Assembly (NCBI GenBank): GCA_027488905.1 | Contig: JAIYAT010000010.1 | Coordinates: 21,061 to 85,060 of the forward strand | Reading direction: 5' to 3' | Length of the DNA stretch: 64,000 nt | DNA from: Bacteroidota bacterium | GTDB taxonomy: Bacteria > Bacteroidota > Bacteroidia > UKL13-3 | Shown: in pieces, positions 20,471-30,783 of the stretch | Layout: each line of letters begins with the position of its first letter | Numbering within the stretch: the stretch's first letter is position 1 | Position numbers and translations under genes: made by a program | The notes under the pieces: model-generated | The model's input: only the letters and a program-made list of their open reading frames with translations | The model's database searches: none | Told to the model about the DNA's origin: nothing

Positions 20471-21493
20471 ATGCCAAATGTTAAGCCTTCTTTTTTTAAG
20501 CGTTTTGCCTTTGAATATTGGCCTACTTGGTTATTATACTTTCCTGTATATGCGATTTTCCCTTATTGGTATTTGAGGTTCCGCTCATTTTCATTAATCA
20601 CCTTAGCAAACCCTGGCTTCTATTTAGGTGGCATTAAAAACGAAAACAAATACAATATTCTTAAGCATATTCCTGATCGGTTCAAACCGAAAACACTTGC
20701 CTTTTCTAGCCATGCAGCTTATGAAAGCATAGTAAAAGAGATGCAGGTTCAACAGTTAACTTTTCCTATCATCATTAAACCCCAGATAGGAGAAAGAGGC
20801 AATGGAGTAGAAAAACTAACAAATGAAACTGAGTTAAAGGTTTATTTAAAGGGAAATACCCTCGATTTTATGCTCCAAGAGTTCATTGATTGGCCAGAAG
20901 AATTTGGTGTACTTTGGTACCATATTCCTGATAAAGAATTTGGCATTAGTTCTTTGGTTCAGAAATCTTTTTTGACTTTGACAGGCGATGGCATACAGAC
21001 CGTTCAAGCACTGCTCCTTCAAGCAGAAAGAGCCCAAGATAGATTGCCTTATTTGCTAGAAAAACACCAAGCACATCTCAATAGTGTCCCTGCATTGGGA
21101 GAAAAGATTTTACTAGAACCCATTGGCAACCATTGTCGAGGTACTAAGTTTATCAATGCTAATGCAATAATCAATAACAAGCTTGTTGGCTCTATGGAAG
21201 AAATAGCTTCCCATGTACCTGGTTTTTATATTGGTAGGTTTGATGTTAAAGCAGCTAGTCTGGAGGATTTAATGGAAGGTAAAAACATCAAAATTATGGA
21301 GCTCAATGGCATCACCTCAGAACCTGGGCACATTTACCACCCCGGCCGAGGAGCTTTAAAGGGATGGAGAGATTTGTTTCATCATTGGCACTTGGTGTTT
21401 AAGATTGGAGCCGCAAATCGGGCAAAGGGATTGAAAACGCCTGGGACTTTTTATGTCTTAAGAAATTTGAATTCAAAAGAAACATTTCAATAA
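20471..21493 (+). CDS. ATP-grasp protein (D-Ala-D-Ala ligase-like)
   Basis: FPIIIKPQIGERGNGVEK, LQEFI, GNHCRG, GRFDVK, IMELNG..SEP.HIY. Confidence 0.8.
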   Translation: MPNVKPSFFKRFAFEYWPTWLLYFPVYAIFPYWYLRFRSFSLITLANPGFYLGGIKNENKYNILKHIPDRFKPKTLAFSSHAAYESIVKEMQVQQLTFPIIIKPQIGERGNGVEKLTNETELKVYLKGNTLDFMLQEFIDWPEEFGVLWYHIPDKEFGISSLVQKSFLTLTGDGIQTVQALLLQAERAQDRLPYLLEKHQAHLNSVPALGEKILLEPIGNHCRGTKFINANAIINNKLVGSMEEIASHVPGFYIGRFDVKAASLEDLMEGKNIKIMELNGITSEPGHIYHPGRGALKGWRDLFHHWHLVFKIGAANRAKGLKTPGTFYVLRNLNSKETFQ

Positions 21494-22119
21494 TGCTTGC
21501 CCTGATTTTTTTGCTTTTTGCAGTCATAAGTTTTATCGGTTCATTACAACCTGGTCCAGTAAACCTCGGGGTGGTTTATTATACTTTGCATCAAGAAAAA
21601 AGAAAGGCTGTTTTACTCGCCATTGGCGGCTCCTTGCCAGAAATTTTGTATGTAGTGTTGGCCGTCAAACTGGTTTCTTTTACGAGTGTCAAACAAGATT
21701 ATATTCGCATTATTTCAATACTAGCCTCATTTGTATTGATAGGTTTAGGCGCATACTTATGGTTTTATAAAGCCTCAAAAAGGGGTTCCCAAGATAAACC
21801 TCCAAAAGGCAGTTTTTGGAGTGGCTTGGCTTTGGGATTATTAAACCCGCAATTGCTAGTGTTTTGGGCCGGAATAATTTGGTACTTACAAAATACCTTC
21901 GAGGGTATTAATTTAATGGAAACAAAATATTTAATAGCCTCAGCAGTTGGTGCAGGTATTGGTGCATTTCTATTGCATGTTTTCTATATCGGTTTGATCC
22001 AAAAATATCAACAGTTTATTTTATTAAGATGGTTGCGAACACATCCTGAAAAAAGCATTGGTTTAATACTTTTCCTCTTGGGTTTATTTGGTATACTTCA
22101 TACCAGCTTCTATCCTTAA
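21493..22119 (+). CDS. LysE family translocator
   Basis: GSLQPGPVN, F..GL.LGLLNPQ, multiple TM helices. Confidence 0.85.
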   Translation: MLALIFLLFAVISFIGSLQPGPVNLGVVYYTLHQEKRKAVLLAIGGSLPEILYVVLAVKLVSFTSVKQDYIRIISILASFVLIGLGAYLWFYKASKRGSQDKPPKGSFWSGLALGLLNPQLLVFWAGIIWYLQNTFEGINLMETKYLIASAVGAGIGAFLLHVFYIGLIQKYQQFILLRWLRTHPEKSIGLILFLLGLFGILHTSFYP

Positions 22120-22698
22120 ACTTAAGTTGTTTTCTTTGGGCGGAATTGGACAGGTATACGCTTCATTGTAGGCGCAATATGGATTGTATGCCAAATTAAA
22201 ATCAAGCCAAACTTCCTTGACATCGCTTTTTTCAAGGTCTAAATATCGCCCTGCACCATAGGTTTCTTTGCCTGTAGTTTCATCCGTAAAAGGCACAATT
22301 AAATAGTTTTCGTACCCGGGCTTTTTAATTTCTTGCTCTAATACCAATAATTCAAATGCTTTACCTTCGAGTTCAAATTTTAATTTGCCATATTGCTTGT
22401 AGGGCTTTGTTTTTTGATGCGAATGCGGCAACTCAAAGACAATGGCATTTTCTATTAAAGTTAACTGCGCCTTAACCTTATACTTCTCTTGAATAGGAAA
22501 GAATTTTAAACCTTTCCAAGTATAAAAACTCGTGCTGTCTAAAGGCGACTCAGCAGGGTCAAAAAACTGTTCATTTAAAGCTGCACGGTGATTAGCAATT
22601 TCTGCACGGTATTTTGGGTCTTCTTGGGGGCCGCAAGCGCTCAATATTAGCAATGCAGCTAATAAAATTGTAGTAAATTTATTGCTTAGCTTAAGCAT
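22084..22698 (-). CDS. DUF1684 family lipoprotein
   Basis: Lipobox LSAC; PFTDETTGKETYGAGRYLD, DFNLAYNPYCAYN...CPIPPKEN. Confidence 0.9.
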   Translation of the reverse strand: MLKLSNKFTTILLAALLILSACGPQEDPKYRAEIANHRAALNEQFFDPAESPLDSTSFYTWKGLKFFPIQEKYKVKAQLTLIENAIVFELPHSHQKTKPYKQYGKLKFELEGKAFELLVLEQEIKKPGYENYLIVPFTDETTGKETYGAGRYLDLEKSDVKEVWLDFNLAYNPYCAYNEAYTCPIPPKENNLSLRIEAGMKYTK

Positions 22699-22702
22699 AA
22701 TT

Positions 22703-23599
22703 CTATTGAACCTTTACACTGGTAGAATGAATGATTTCTTTTTGAGTAACATCTTTATTTACAAATACCAAAACCTCTAAGTTTACAGGATTCCAAAGAC
22801 CTCTTTTATAACGATAGGTTTTAATAAATACCCTACCAGGAGTATATTCTGCTTTTAACAAATCTCCAAAGAAACTACTTGCCATGGCTCTTAATACATG
22901 GGTGTGTTTGTATTCTTTATCATAGATTGAACTCCCAAATTCGTCTCTACTTTCTTGCACATCTTTTATATCATTTTCTAAAATCGCTACTGATAAATAA
23001 TTTGAGTCGCTTACGGCACTAGTATAAGTTACCGTAACTCTTATCTCAACTTCTTCTCCAATGTTTTTTGCAGTTACCGCAAGGTTTAATGGTGTTGGTT
23101 TTGATAACTCTGCATTCGAATAAGCACTCCATTTTTGGTATTCAATATTTGGAGAAATCTCACCTTCAAATTTCATGCGATTTACATTTCCAATGGGTAA
23201 ACTGTTGTTAATGCCAACCATTTCAAATATGAGTGCTCCTGCTAAAGTTCTAAAATCATATTTACTGGTATATTTATCTCCTCTATTTTCATCAAAAGGC
23301 GAGGTTAATTGATTTAACTTATTTAATGGATGAAGCGTAATGATATTTACCCTGCCAGGGTTGTTGTTAGAAATAACTTTTGCTTCTGTCTGAGCTGCAG
23401 GGCAATTAGGGCATCTTACACCTGTTACTTCTTCAATTACAATTTGCCTTGGTTGCGGAGTTGGAATCTCAGTTGAAACATAAGTGGTGTCTTCCACAAC
23501 AGATTCAGGTTCAAAATTTATATAAGGCGGAATTTCTTCGCAGCTGCTTAAAAATGCAATGCTTACAACTAAACTAAATGCAAAAATTATCTTTTTCAT
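22703..23599 (-). CDS. Omp28-related lipoprotein
   Basis: Lipobox LSSC; IEEVTGVRCPNCP; H.HVLRA. Confidence 0.85.
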   Translation of the reverse strand: MKKIIFAFSLVVSIAFLSSCEEIPPYINFEPESVVEDTTYVSTEIPTPQPRQIVIEEVTGVRCPNCPAAQTEAKVISNNNPGRVNIITLHPLNKLNQLTSPFDENRGDKYTSKYDFRTLAGALIFEMVGINNSLPIGNVNRMKFEGEISPNIEYQKWSAYSNAELSKPTPLNLAVTAKNIGEEVEIRVTVTYTSAVSDSNYLSVAILENDIKDVQESRDEFGSSIYDKEYKHTHVLRAMASSFFGDLLKAEYTPGRVFIKTYRYKRGLWNPVNLEVLVFVNKDVTQKEIIHSTSVKVQ

Positions 23600-23603
23600 G
23601 TTC

Positions 23604-25283
23604 TTAGAAATTAGTGGTCATGGTTAATCTTACTCCCGAAAAGGCAGGCTCTACACGGCAAACACCTCCCGCACAATTTACCCCTTCTACTTGTTTAATA
23701 TACCCTCCAGTAAGGCGTGTGTTCTTTTTAGTATAAGCTCCAAATACATTCCAATAATGTATCAGTTCAAATTCATTGCCAGCTGCAGGTTTATTTCTTG
23801 CGCCTGGTTTAACATTCACCATATCTCCTGCACTAAACGAATAATGCGGTGCGATGTTCAGTTCTATCAAACCATTTACAAAACTTCCCAAATCGGCATC
23901 TGTTTTTAAATATTGTGCTTCTAATCTTAATGATTTTTTGCTGCTCAATTTATACGTGGCTTCTCCAAAAATAGTATTAGCAATTACATAAGGTACACCT
24001 GGTTTGGCCTCAAACAATTGTTGGTTATAGTTTATTAACTGATAACCTAATTGTGCTTTAAACTTCTTGGTAAATTTGTGTTGAATTTCAAAATAGTATT
24101 CACGGAAGTAGCGATTAGAGTCGGCTTCAAAGTTTACCGGACTCACCGTTGCTCCCTTAAAACTACCAATGGGTGTAGCCAAAGATGTATTAAAGTTAAA
24201 TTGAGTTTGGTGCTTCTTTAAAAATTTTGGCTTCCAAGTTAGGTCGAGTTGTAAACCTTCTTCTGCAAATTCTTGGGTAAAGGCATTGTAACGAGCCAAT
24301 AGTCTATACACATTTTGCCTAGTGATACTTGGCAAATACGCAATCATTCCTAAGTTTTGGTTTTCTAAAGGCGAGGTACGAAAAGAAAATTTATCAATGT
24401 ATCTATACTGTGCCGTTACCCCAAAACCTCTGGTAGAATAAGACAAATTGGTAAGTAGTACTTTACCCTCATGCAATTCCATTTGATTGTTAACTGGGTT
24501 AATAATGGCTTCTTGTGTTTTTCCTGCATATTCTGCATACCAGCTAAAATCCTTGTATCGCATGGTATTGTAAACATTATAAACAAATACATTGTACTTT
24601 GGGTAAAACCTTTGTTCTAAATCGTAATTGTTAATGGTACTTGCAATTACATTCATGGTGCCTTGGTCGATTGTTCTATTCACTAAACTGGCACCAGGTT
24701 CCATGCTAAAACTTTCACTAATGTCAAAATGATGATCGGCATTAATACCTTTAATTACCACGGGTCTTAGGTCGAACCTAAACTTTTGCAATCCTGTAAA
24801 GGCTTTTACTGTTGTATTTTCAGTGGGTGTATATTTTACATGTGCTCCTTGTATGGCAAAGTCTAAGCCTAGGTTTCTGTCTTCGTAAGACCTAAACACC
24901 ATCCCACTGGCAAATTGGTCATAAAAGTAACCCACAGTGATGGTGGCTTTTTCTAACTTTTTGCTAACACTCCAAAATCCTAAACCACTTTTGGTATAAG
25001 CTTCTTGTGGGTTGAGTAGGGGAGAGTTGTTAAACAAATCAAAACGAGCCGTAAAGGTGTAGCCATTTTTTTTATAGTTGAGCCAAAGCCAAGCATCAGT
25101 AGATGATAATTCCTTTTCATATTGTGTGGTGGTTGCCCCAATGGCGCTATCTCTCACATAAAACTGATTGGTAGTTTGAAAATTTCCTGAAAACTCGCCT
25201 TTTTCTTCTTTTTTTTCTTCTTGGGCTTTAGCGAGTCCTGCAAACAATAAGGCGAGTAAAGTGAGTGTGTATATTTTTTTCAT
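23604..25283 (-). CDS. Outer-membrane protein (DUF6029-like)
   Basis: Signal peptide MKKIYTL; G.FYDQFASG..FRSYEDR; C-terminal CAGGVCRVEPAFSG. Confidence 0.75.
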   Translation of the reverse strand: MKKIYTLTLLALLFAGLAKAQEEKKEEKGEFSGNFQTTNQFYVRDSAIGATTTQYEKELSSTDAWLWLNYKKNGYTFTARFDLFNNSPLLNPQEAYTKSGLGFWSVSKKLEKATITVGYFYDQFASGMVFRSYEDRNLGLDFAIQGAHVKYTPTENTTVKAFTGLQKFRFDLRPVVIKGINADHHFDISESFSMEPGASLVNRTIDQGTMNVIASTINNYDLEQRFYPKYNVFVYNVYNTMRYKDFSWYAEYAGKTQEAIINPVNNQMELHEGKVLLTNLSYSTRGFGVTAQYRYIDKFSFRTSPLENQNLGMIAYLPSITRQNVYRLLARYNAFTQEFAEEGLQLDLTWKPKFLKKHQTQFNFNTSLATPIGSFKGATVSPVNFEADSNRYFREYYFEIQHKFTKKFKAQLGYQLINYNQQLFEAKPGVPYVIANTIFGEATYKLSSKKSLRLEAQYLKTDADLGSFVNGLIELNIAPHYSFSAGDMVNVKPGARNKPAAGNEFELIHYWNVFGAYTKKNTRLTGGYIKQVEGVNCAGGVCRVEPAFSGVRLTMTTNF

Positions 25284-25299
25284 ACTAGGTTCAAAACAA

Positions 25300-25806
25300 T
25301 TATTTTCCTTTAAATGGCACTTCAATGGCATCTCCCCAAAGTTGTTCTATGCCATAAAATTCTCTTTTTTCTTCTTGAAATACATGTGCAACCACATTAA
25401 AGTAGTCAACTAAAATCCATTCAAGGTTCTCATATCCTTCGCGGTGTAACGGATTTTCGTTTAATTTCTTTTTCACTTCATCCTCAACACTTTTGGCAAT
25501 AGCCTCTACTTTTTTATCATTATCTGCTGATGAAATCACAAAGAAATCTGCTGGGGCACTCGCAATTTTGCGCATATCCCAAATTCTTATATTTTCTGCC
25601 TTTTTCTCATACATACCTTGGGCCACTGTAATTGCCAAAAGTGTGGCTGGGTCCATAATGCTAACAATCTTAGGGTTCTTTTCAGCAACTGCTTTTTTAG
25701 CACTTACTTTTTTAGCAACTGCTTTCTTAGCGGTTACTTTTTTAGCTGCGGCCTTTTTTGGGGCAGCCTTTTTTGCGGATACTTTTTTCGCTGGTGTTTT
25801 TGCCAT
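25300..25806 (-). CDS. rsfS: Ribosome silencing factor with Lys/Ala-rich N-terminal extension
   Basis: EKKAENI, DFFVI, EWILVDY..VVAHVF..EKREFYGIEQLWGDA; N-terminal AKK repeats. Confidence 0.93.
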   Translation of the reverse strand: MAKTPAKKVSAKKAAPKKAAAKKVTAKKAVAKKVSAKKAVAEKNPKIVSIMDPATLLAITVAQGMYEKKAENIRIWDMRKIASAPADFFVISSADNDKKVEAIAKSVEDEVKKKLNENPLHREGYENLEWILVDYFNVVAHVFQEEKREFYGIEQLWGDAIEVPFKGK

Positions 25807-25851
25807 CTCGAATCTACGGGTAAATTTGACGCAAAATAAGACTTTTTTTAA

Positions 25852-26607
25852 TTGGCACAGCAAATACCTCAAATTGGGCAATATTCCCTATTTTTAGAAG
25901 AAACAGATTCAACCAATTCTGCCCTCAAATTATGGCTCGAACGTGAGTCGCTGCCCGAAGGCGCAATGGTTTACACCCACTACCAAACTGCAGGGCGTGG
26001 GCAAGAAAATAGCCAATGGGAATCGCTACCCGGCCAAAATTTATTGCTGAGCATTTTGCTGTATCCGAGTTTCTTAAATATCGATGAACAAGTTTGGCTC
26101 AACCTATGTGCCTGCTTGGCAGTTCAAAAAACCGTAAAAGAACTCTCGGGTCAAACCACCTTTATCAAATGGCCCAATGATATTTTTGTAGATCACCACA
26201 AAATTGCTGGCATTCTCATCGAAAATGTGCTGCAGGGCACCAAAATTAAGTACAGTATTGTTGGGGTTGGTTTGAACCTAAACCAAATGCAGTTTAGCTT
26301 TCCGCAAGCCAGCTCTGTTAAAAATGTTTCTGGTTTGAACCAAGATTTGGCTGAAGCCCGCGCTGTTTTAGGCAAACATTTTACTGAAACTTATCGCATG
26401 CTCAAAGGAAAACAATGGAGCTATTTTTGGGATACTTATCATGCAAACCTTTACGCCAAAGGGCAACTGGCACTTTTTGAGGCCAATGGAAAACAATTTG
26501 AAGGAGAAGTGATGGGCATTGATAAAAAGGGAAGGTTACATATTTATACCAATGACGAAGTGCGGAGTTTCGCCAATAAAGAAGTAAAATTGATACATCT
26601 AATTTAG
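25852..26607 (+). CDS. birA: Biotin--[acetyl-CoA-carboxylase] ligase
   Basis: DSTN, QTAGRGQ, IKWPNDI, KIAGILIEN, GVGLNLNQ. Confidence 0.93.
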   Translation: MAQQIPQIGQYSLFLEETDSTNSALKLWLERESLPEGAMVYTHYQTAGRGQENSQWESLPGQNLLLSILLYPSFLNIDEQVWLNLCACLAVQKTVKELSGQTTFIKWPNDIFVDHHKIAGILIENVLQGTKIKYSIVGVGLNLNQMQFSFPQASSVKNVSGLNQDLAEARAVLGKHFTETYRMLKGKQWSYFWDTYHANLYAKGQLALFEANGKQFEGEVMGIDKKGRLHIYTNDEVRSFANKEVKLIHLI

Positions 26608-26615
26608 GTTCAAAA

Positions 26616-27341
26616 ATGCAATATCAACTTGTAATAGATGCTGGCAATACCCTCATGAAATTTGCCTATTTCAAAGGAGATTTGCTGCAAGAAGCTTTTA
26701 CTTGGGACAAATCTTCGGAAAGTGATTTACATTCATTTCTTTTTGAAAAAACCTTTGACAAGATTTTATTGAGCGATGTTTCGGGTCAAGCTTTAGCCAT
26801 CCTTAGTCCCTATTTTAAAAATGCCAAAATTCAAATCCTTGGTTCAAACCTTCATTTGCCTTTTAAAAATTTATACGCCACCCCACATACTTTAGGAGCC
26901 GACAGAATTGCTTTGGTGGCAGGTGCTTTGGCTAAATTCCCGGCAGAAAATTGCTTGGTAATTGATGCTGGCACTTGTGTTACCTATGATTTGCTCACCC
27001 AACATGGAGAATATTTAGGTGGAAATATAACACCGGGCTTATTGATGCGTTTAAAGGCCATGCATACATTTACAGGAAAACTCCCAGAACCTGAATTTAT
27101 TTTTCCAGAGGCAGTATTGGGTCAAAATACCAAAGAATGCTTAATCTCTGGTGCATACCATGGTTTAGTGGGAGAAATAGCGTGGTTGGTTCAACAATAT
27201 GCTGCCGATTTCTCTGGTTTAAAAGTTTTACTTACAGGCGGTGATGCTCATTTGTTGGCAAAGCGGCTTAAAACTAACATATTTGCAGAACCACAGCTTT
27301 TGCTGCATGGATTAAATAAAATAGCTAGTATCAATGATTAA
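26616..27341 (+). CDS. coaX: Type III pantothenate kinase
   Basis: IDAGNT..K, Y.TPHTLGADR, IDAGTCVTYD, LTGGDA. Confidence 0.93.
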   Translation: MQYQLVIDAGNTLMKFAYFKGDLLQEAFTWDKSSESDLHSFLFEKTFDKILLSDVSGQALAILSPYFKNAKIQILGSNLHLPFKNLYATPHTLGADRIALVAGALAKFPAENCLVIDAGTCVTYDLLTQHGEYLGGNITPGLLMRLKAMHTFTGKLPEPEFIFPEAVLGQNTKECLISGAYHGLVGEIAWLVQQYAADFSGLKVLLTGGDAHLLAKRLKTNIFAEPQLLLHGLNKIASIND

Positions 27342-28644
27342 ATTTGCCAATAAGGCCTTGTTTTTTGCCATGCTCTATGCTTGTTCTTTTGGAGCACAGG
27401 CCCAGAATATTACTAAATCACCCTATTCTATTATTGGTTTAGGAGAGTTAGTTTATACGGGTAATGCGCAAACCTATTCTTTGGGTCAGGCCAACCAAGG
27501 CTATCGCTCACCCTTTTCAGTTAACTACCTCAACCCTGCTTCCTATTCAGCATTTTTAACTACCAATATAGAGGCAGGTGCAACCTACAGCTCTGCAGTA
27601 ATTAGCGGTGCCACCAATAGTTCTGAGGTTAGCAATAGCTGGATTTCTAATATTAATTTTGGTATTCCACTATCCACTAAACGCGGCATAGGCTTTAGTT
27701 TTGGCGCTGCACCTTATACCAGCGTGGGCTATAACATTAAATCTGATGTGATTATTCCTCAAGACCCACAAGATACTTTTTCTATTTTGGCTCAAAACAA
27801 TTTTATAGGTAGAGGCGGTTTAACTAAATTTTATTTGGGATATGGCATGAGGCTTCATCGAATGGTTTCGGTGGGAGTTAATGCCAATTACGTGTATGGC
27901 GAAGTTAATAATTCTACACAATTACTAATTCCTGCTAAATATAATATGTTTAACACCAACGAAGACAATTCTTATTTTGTTAAAGGGTGGTTAATGGAAT
28001 TTGGCACACAGGTGCATGATAGTTTTTCTGTCATGAAGAAAAATGATCGCATTGAGTATGATTGGATTGTTGGAGCAACAATTACCCCTCAAAGCAATTT
28101 TAGTGGAGAACAAACCTACCTTTTAAGAAATTTACCTATTGGTTCAGGTACAGGCATAAAAGATACAATATTTAAAGAGGAAGTGGCTTCGGGAAATGTG
28201 CTTTCTCCAATGGCTTGGAAATTTGGTGTTAGCTTTGCTCGTAAAGATAAATGGAGTGTGTTGGCAGATATTAAGGGTACTAATTGGAGCGATTTTGTAG
28301 CTTTAGGTAGGAAGGATTCTTTAAGAAATAGTTTATCTTATCATTTGGGCTTTTCTTACATTCCAGATTATAAAAACAAAAATATATTAGGTAGAATTGA
28401 GTACCGCATTGGAGGCAGATATGAAAGGAGCAATTTAGAAGTATTTGGCACTGGCGTAGATGTAAGGGCTTTTACACTTGGTATGGGCATCCCAATGGGG
28501 AGAACCCGTTCAAGGTTGAATTTAGGTGCTGAATGGATGCAAAGAGGAACCACAAGCAATGGTTTGATCCAAGAGGATTATTTTAAAGTTTTTATAGGAA
28601 TAACTTTTGCAGATAAATGGTTTTATCGTTATCGCTATGATTAG
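27334..28644 (+). CDS. Outer-membrane beta-barrel protein (FadL-like) of the coaX-lptC cluster
   Basis: SPYSIIGLG, NPASY, G.GGL, terminal DKWFYRYRYD. Confidence 0.7.
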   Translation: MIKFANKALFFAMLYACSFGAQAQNITKSPYSIIGLGELVYTGNAQTYSLGQANQGYRSPFSVNYLNPASYSAFLTTNIEAGATYSSAVISGATNSSEVSNSWISNINFGIPLSTKRGIGFSFGAAPYTSVGYNIKSDVIIPQDPQDTFSILAQNNFIGRGGLTKFYLGYGMRLHRMVSVGVNANYVYGEVNNSTQLLIPAKYNMFNTNEDNSYFVKGWLMEFGTQVHDSFSVMKKNDRIEYDWIVGATITPQSNFSGEQTYLLRNLPIGSGTGIKDTIFKEEVASGNVLSPMAWKFGVSFARKDKWSVLADIKGTNWSDFVALGRKDSLRNSLSYHLGFSYIPDYKNKNILGRIEYRIGGRYERSNLEVFGTGVDVRAFTLGMGIPMGRTRSRLNLGAEWMQRGTTSNGLIQEDYFKVFIGITFADKWFYRYRYD

Positions 28645-29182
28645 AATTAAGCAACTTGTTCTGTTAATAACTGCGCTCTCTTTAATTGCTTGTGGTGGCA
28701 AAAAGATAGATAAAGTGAAAATTGCAGCAAGTGCAAAAGAACTACCCATTGAAGTGGGGAGTAATATTTCTATCAGTTATACAGACAGTGGCTACTTAAA
28801 AGCTAAGGTATTTGCGCCACTTTTGGAGCGCTACAGTTCTGATGCTAGAATGGAAACAGAGATGCGGCAAGGGATTACAGCTTACTTCTATGACAACAAT
28901 GGTAAGATTAGCTCATACATTAAAAGTAAGTATGCCATAAGAGATGAGAATGCAAGGGTTTTAACTGCCAGACAAGATGTTTTTGTGGTTAATAACAAAG
29001 GAGACACCTTGCGAACAGAGGAGTTGATTTGGGATGAGAAAGCAGACAGAATTTACTCAGAGCAATTTGTTAAAATCACTTCTCCAGAAAGAATTATTTT
29101 AGGAAGCGGATTAGAATCTAATACCGCATTTACAAAGTTTAGGGTATTAAACATCACTGGTATAATTAGTTTAAAGCAGTAA
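28637..29182 (+). CDS. lptC: LPS export periplasmic protein LptC
   Basis: Lipobox LIAC, YTDSG, GDTLRTEELIWD, FVKI...G.GLES. Confidence 0.8.
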   Translation: MIRIKQLVLLITALSLIACGGKKIDKVKIAASAKELPIEVGSNISISYTDSGYLKAKVFAPLLERYSSDARMETEMRQGITAYFYDNNGKISSYIKSKYAIRDENARVLTARQDVFVVNNKGDTLRTEELIWDEKADRIYSEQFVKITSPERIILGSGLESNTAFTKFRVLNITGIISLKQ

Positions 29183-29349
29183 TGGAAAAGTGGATTTTAA
29201 GAAACTGGCTTATCTTGGCCATAGCTTCTTTGGTGGTAGGTTTTTGGGTAGCCTTTATAGAAGACTTTGTTAAAGGAAAAGCCTATATGTTCTTTTTCTT
29301 GTTTTTGATATTTATGTTTACTTGGTTGAGAAAGAGCGGGAAGTTGTAA
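29182..29349 (+). CDS. Small 55-aa two-TM membrane protein
   Basis: TAATG coupling to the lptC stop; MEKWILRNWLILAIASLVVGFWVAFIEDFVKGKAYMFFFLFLIFMFTWLRKSGKL; below the ORF-track cutoff. Confidence 0.5.
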   Translation: MEKWILRNWLILAIASLVVGFWVAFIEDFVKGKAYMFFFLFLIFMFTWLRKSGKL

Positions 29350-29806
29350 GCAGTTTTTGATAATCATACTGCAAGTCTTCGTGTAGTTTACTAATTTCTT
29401 TATTTATCTTTTTGATTTGAGCATCATAAAGGTTTGAAAGGGCCAAACTGTGCTCAATTGCAATTGGCATACCTTGGAATTCTTCTATAAAATGTAGCAA
29501 TAACTCAATACTGGTTTGGGGCTTGCCAGAATACTTGATGTACTTATTAATGCTGCGTAGAATTTTGCGGATACTTTTTTTGGCATAGTAAACATTTGAA
29601 TAATTGATGGCATTAAAATCCAAAGAAATTTCATCCTTTATGTTTTTGATATAATTTTCTTCATCTGCTTCTTCAAATAATATGTAATGCAACAATTCTT
29701 TGTTTTCTTTTTTGAACTTCCCCAAGCGCAGCAGGGTATCCACCAATTGTGTTGGCGGGAGCGTTTGCAATTCTTTTTTAAGCTGTGCTAAGCTATTAGA
29801 TTTCAT
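29318..29806 (-). CDS. Conserved hypothetical protein
   Basis: 162-aa ORF, LRL.KFKKENKELL.Y.LFE, KKS.RKILR, LHEDLQYDY. Confidence 0.75.
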   Translation of the reverse strand: MKSNSLAQLKKELQTLPPTQLVDTLLRLGKFKKENKELLHYILFEEADEENYIKNIKDEISLDFNAINYSNVYYAKKSIRKILRSINKYIKYSGKPQTSIELLLHFIEEFQGMPIAIEHSLALSNLYDAQIKKINKEISKLHEDLQYDYQKLLTTSRSFSTK

Positions 29807-29982
29807 GGATAAATACTTTATGCGTTAAGCATGCTAATTGGGGAGCAATTTACACTAATTTGAAGAGGCTACTTGTTATTGAATGTTGGGAATCGGCCAT
29901 TGGGCTTGCTAATCATAATATTAATTTAATTAAAAGTTGGTTGAAAAATATATTTTTGAATTCAACGATAAAAATATTAAAA

Positions 29983-30777
29983 ATGAAGCAATTTGGAGTT
30001 TTACTCTATTTTTTCTGCTATTTAGTAAGCCCAATGATTGCCCAAAATCCTAACCTTAAAGTAGGGGAAATTGTAAAGGATTGGTGCAATGGTACCATAG
30101 CACATTTAAAGGAAGATGGCGCAGGATTGGTATATCAAAATGGTAGTGATGCCGATTTATTAACTAGAAATAAAGTGAAGCTTTTCCCATTTAATTCGCT
30201 CATGAAAGTTGGAGAAGCTTTGGACATTAAATTTGCTGGAAAGGACATTCTATACATCGCTACCTATGAAAATGCAGGTAAAATATTCTTATTATTCATT
30301 CAGAGTATAAAGGATAATGCATATTTAACAAGGATTGAATTAAACAGTGCTTATAAAGAAATTGCGCGAGCAGAAATACTACAAATCCCTAATTGGAAGT
30401 TTGACCCTAGAGCCATTGTGGTAAATTGGAATACTGAGAAATCAGCTTTGACCATTTCCTCTCATTCAGAATTAATTGCAATATCAAAGAATTTTGGCAA
30501 GGATGAAGATTGGATTAAGAGCCATCATGTTATTTTAGTAAATTCGAGTTTTACAAAAGCTAGCACATATGAATACAGTGCTTTGCATATTTTAGAGTTA
30601 AACCCAAATACTTATCAGTCAAAGGTGACAGAGATTGGATATAAAGATTCAAAAAATAGAATTACACAACCTGCAAAGCAAATTGGTTTGCCACTGGAAA
30701 AGATTGGTAAATTGGTATTTACAGGAAGCAAAGATTATAACTTTTCAGTAGGTTCATATAAAATTCAAATACCTTAA
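29983..30777 (+). CDS. Hypothetical exported protein
   Basis: Long ORF with signal-peptide-like start MKQFGVLL. Confidence 0.6.
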   Translation: MKQFGVLLYFFCYLVSPMIAQNPNLKVGEIVKDWCNGTIAHLKEDGAGLVYQNGSDADLLTRNKVKLFPFNSLMKVGEALDIKFAGKDILYIATYENAGKIFLLFIQSIKDNAYLTRIELNSAYKEIARAEILQIPNWKFDPRAIVVNWNTEKSALTISSHSELIAISKNFGKDEDWIKSHHVILVNSSFTKASTYEYSALHILELNPNTYQSKVTEIGYKDSKNRITQPAKQIGLPLEKIGKLVFTGSKDYNFSVGSYKIQIP

Positions 30778-30783
30778 CAATTC

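Noticed and set aside
25493..25897. Plus-strand hydrophobic ORFs opposite rsfS
   Set aside because: Antisense shadows of the AKK repeat.
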